Under the pieces are notes generated by a model. That model ran no database searches, was not told where the DNA came from, and was given only the letters and a program-made list of their open reading frames with translations. The translations under genes were made by a program, and so were the position numbers. This document shows, piece after piece, positions 63,833 through 64,000 of a stretch of DNA of 64,000 nucleotides (positions within the stretch are counted from its first letter, which is position 1; each line of letters opens with the position of its first letter). Source of the stretch: Oceanispirochaeta sp. (lineage in GTDB: Bacteria; Spirochaetota; Spirochaetia; DSM-2461); the NCBI GenBank assembly GCA_963666275.2, contig CAXXOA010000001.1, forward strand, positions 2,400,001-2,464,000, read 5' to 3'.

Positions 63833-64000
63833 TTAAAACCGGGTTTTTCCTTCCATGATCAGGACTTCTCCGCTTCCAGAGAGCGTATAGGTATAGGTAT
63901 TAAAAAATCCCGGCCTCTGAAATATCAGACCCGGATACTTTTTTTTCAGAATTTTGAGACTTCTGCTGCTTTTCTGACCGTCTTTCTCCAGAGCTGAAAA
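63833..64000 (-). CDS. 3' end of a hypothetical protein (5' end outside the window)
   Basis: Open frame FSALEKDGQKSSRSLKILKKKYPGLIFQRPGFFNTYTYTLSGSGEVLIMEGKTRF*; co-directional with neighbours. Confidence 0.5.
   Translation of the reverse strand, partial: FSALEKDGQKSSRSLKILKKKYPGLIFQRPGFFNTYTYTLSGSGEVLIMEGKTRF

Noticed and set aside
63902..63946. Terminator-like A-tract/hairpin/T-tract
   Set aside because: The stem is imperfect and lies inside the open - strand frame ending at 63833.

Overview
Core chromosomal region of a free-living spirochete (Spirochaetaceae-like, judged from the 16S rRNA, FlbB and FlgE signatures). Nearly every gene is on the - strand. In transcription order (right to left): a partial hypothetical CDS, pgsA, one rrn operon (16S-tRNA-Ile-23S-5S), a nucleosidase-like gene, cheW-DegT-like-nadK-recN-hypothetical, cdd (+), a beta-propeller/M23-like/methyltransferase trio, and a divergent GH57 alpha-glucan module (DUF3536 on +; DUF4912 and branching enzyme on -). 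Then comes a ~43 kb co-directional run: a reduced dcw cluster (mraZ-rsmH-ftsL-murF-mraY-ftsW-ftsQ-ftsA-ftsZ), xerD-TPR lipoprotein-dprA-xerC-hslVU, and the flgB-to-fliA flagellar cluster followed by fapA, an SwrB-like gene and a divergent CheA-like kinase that the ORF track missed. I found no prophage, IS element, CRISPR array or defence island, and cannot support a wholly new multi-gene system. The best leads are: a 1-nt frameshift splitting motA; a hairpin-rich 92-bp tandem repeat built on the flbD 3' end just upstream of motA; a near-consensus sigma28 promoter inside the cell-division cluster before mraY; several apparent pseudoenzymes (DegT-like without the PLP lysine, M23-like without Zn ligands, FliY without ExxN); a probable CTG start for fliO; and a family of related hairpins in the rrn leader and spacer.
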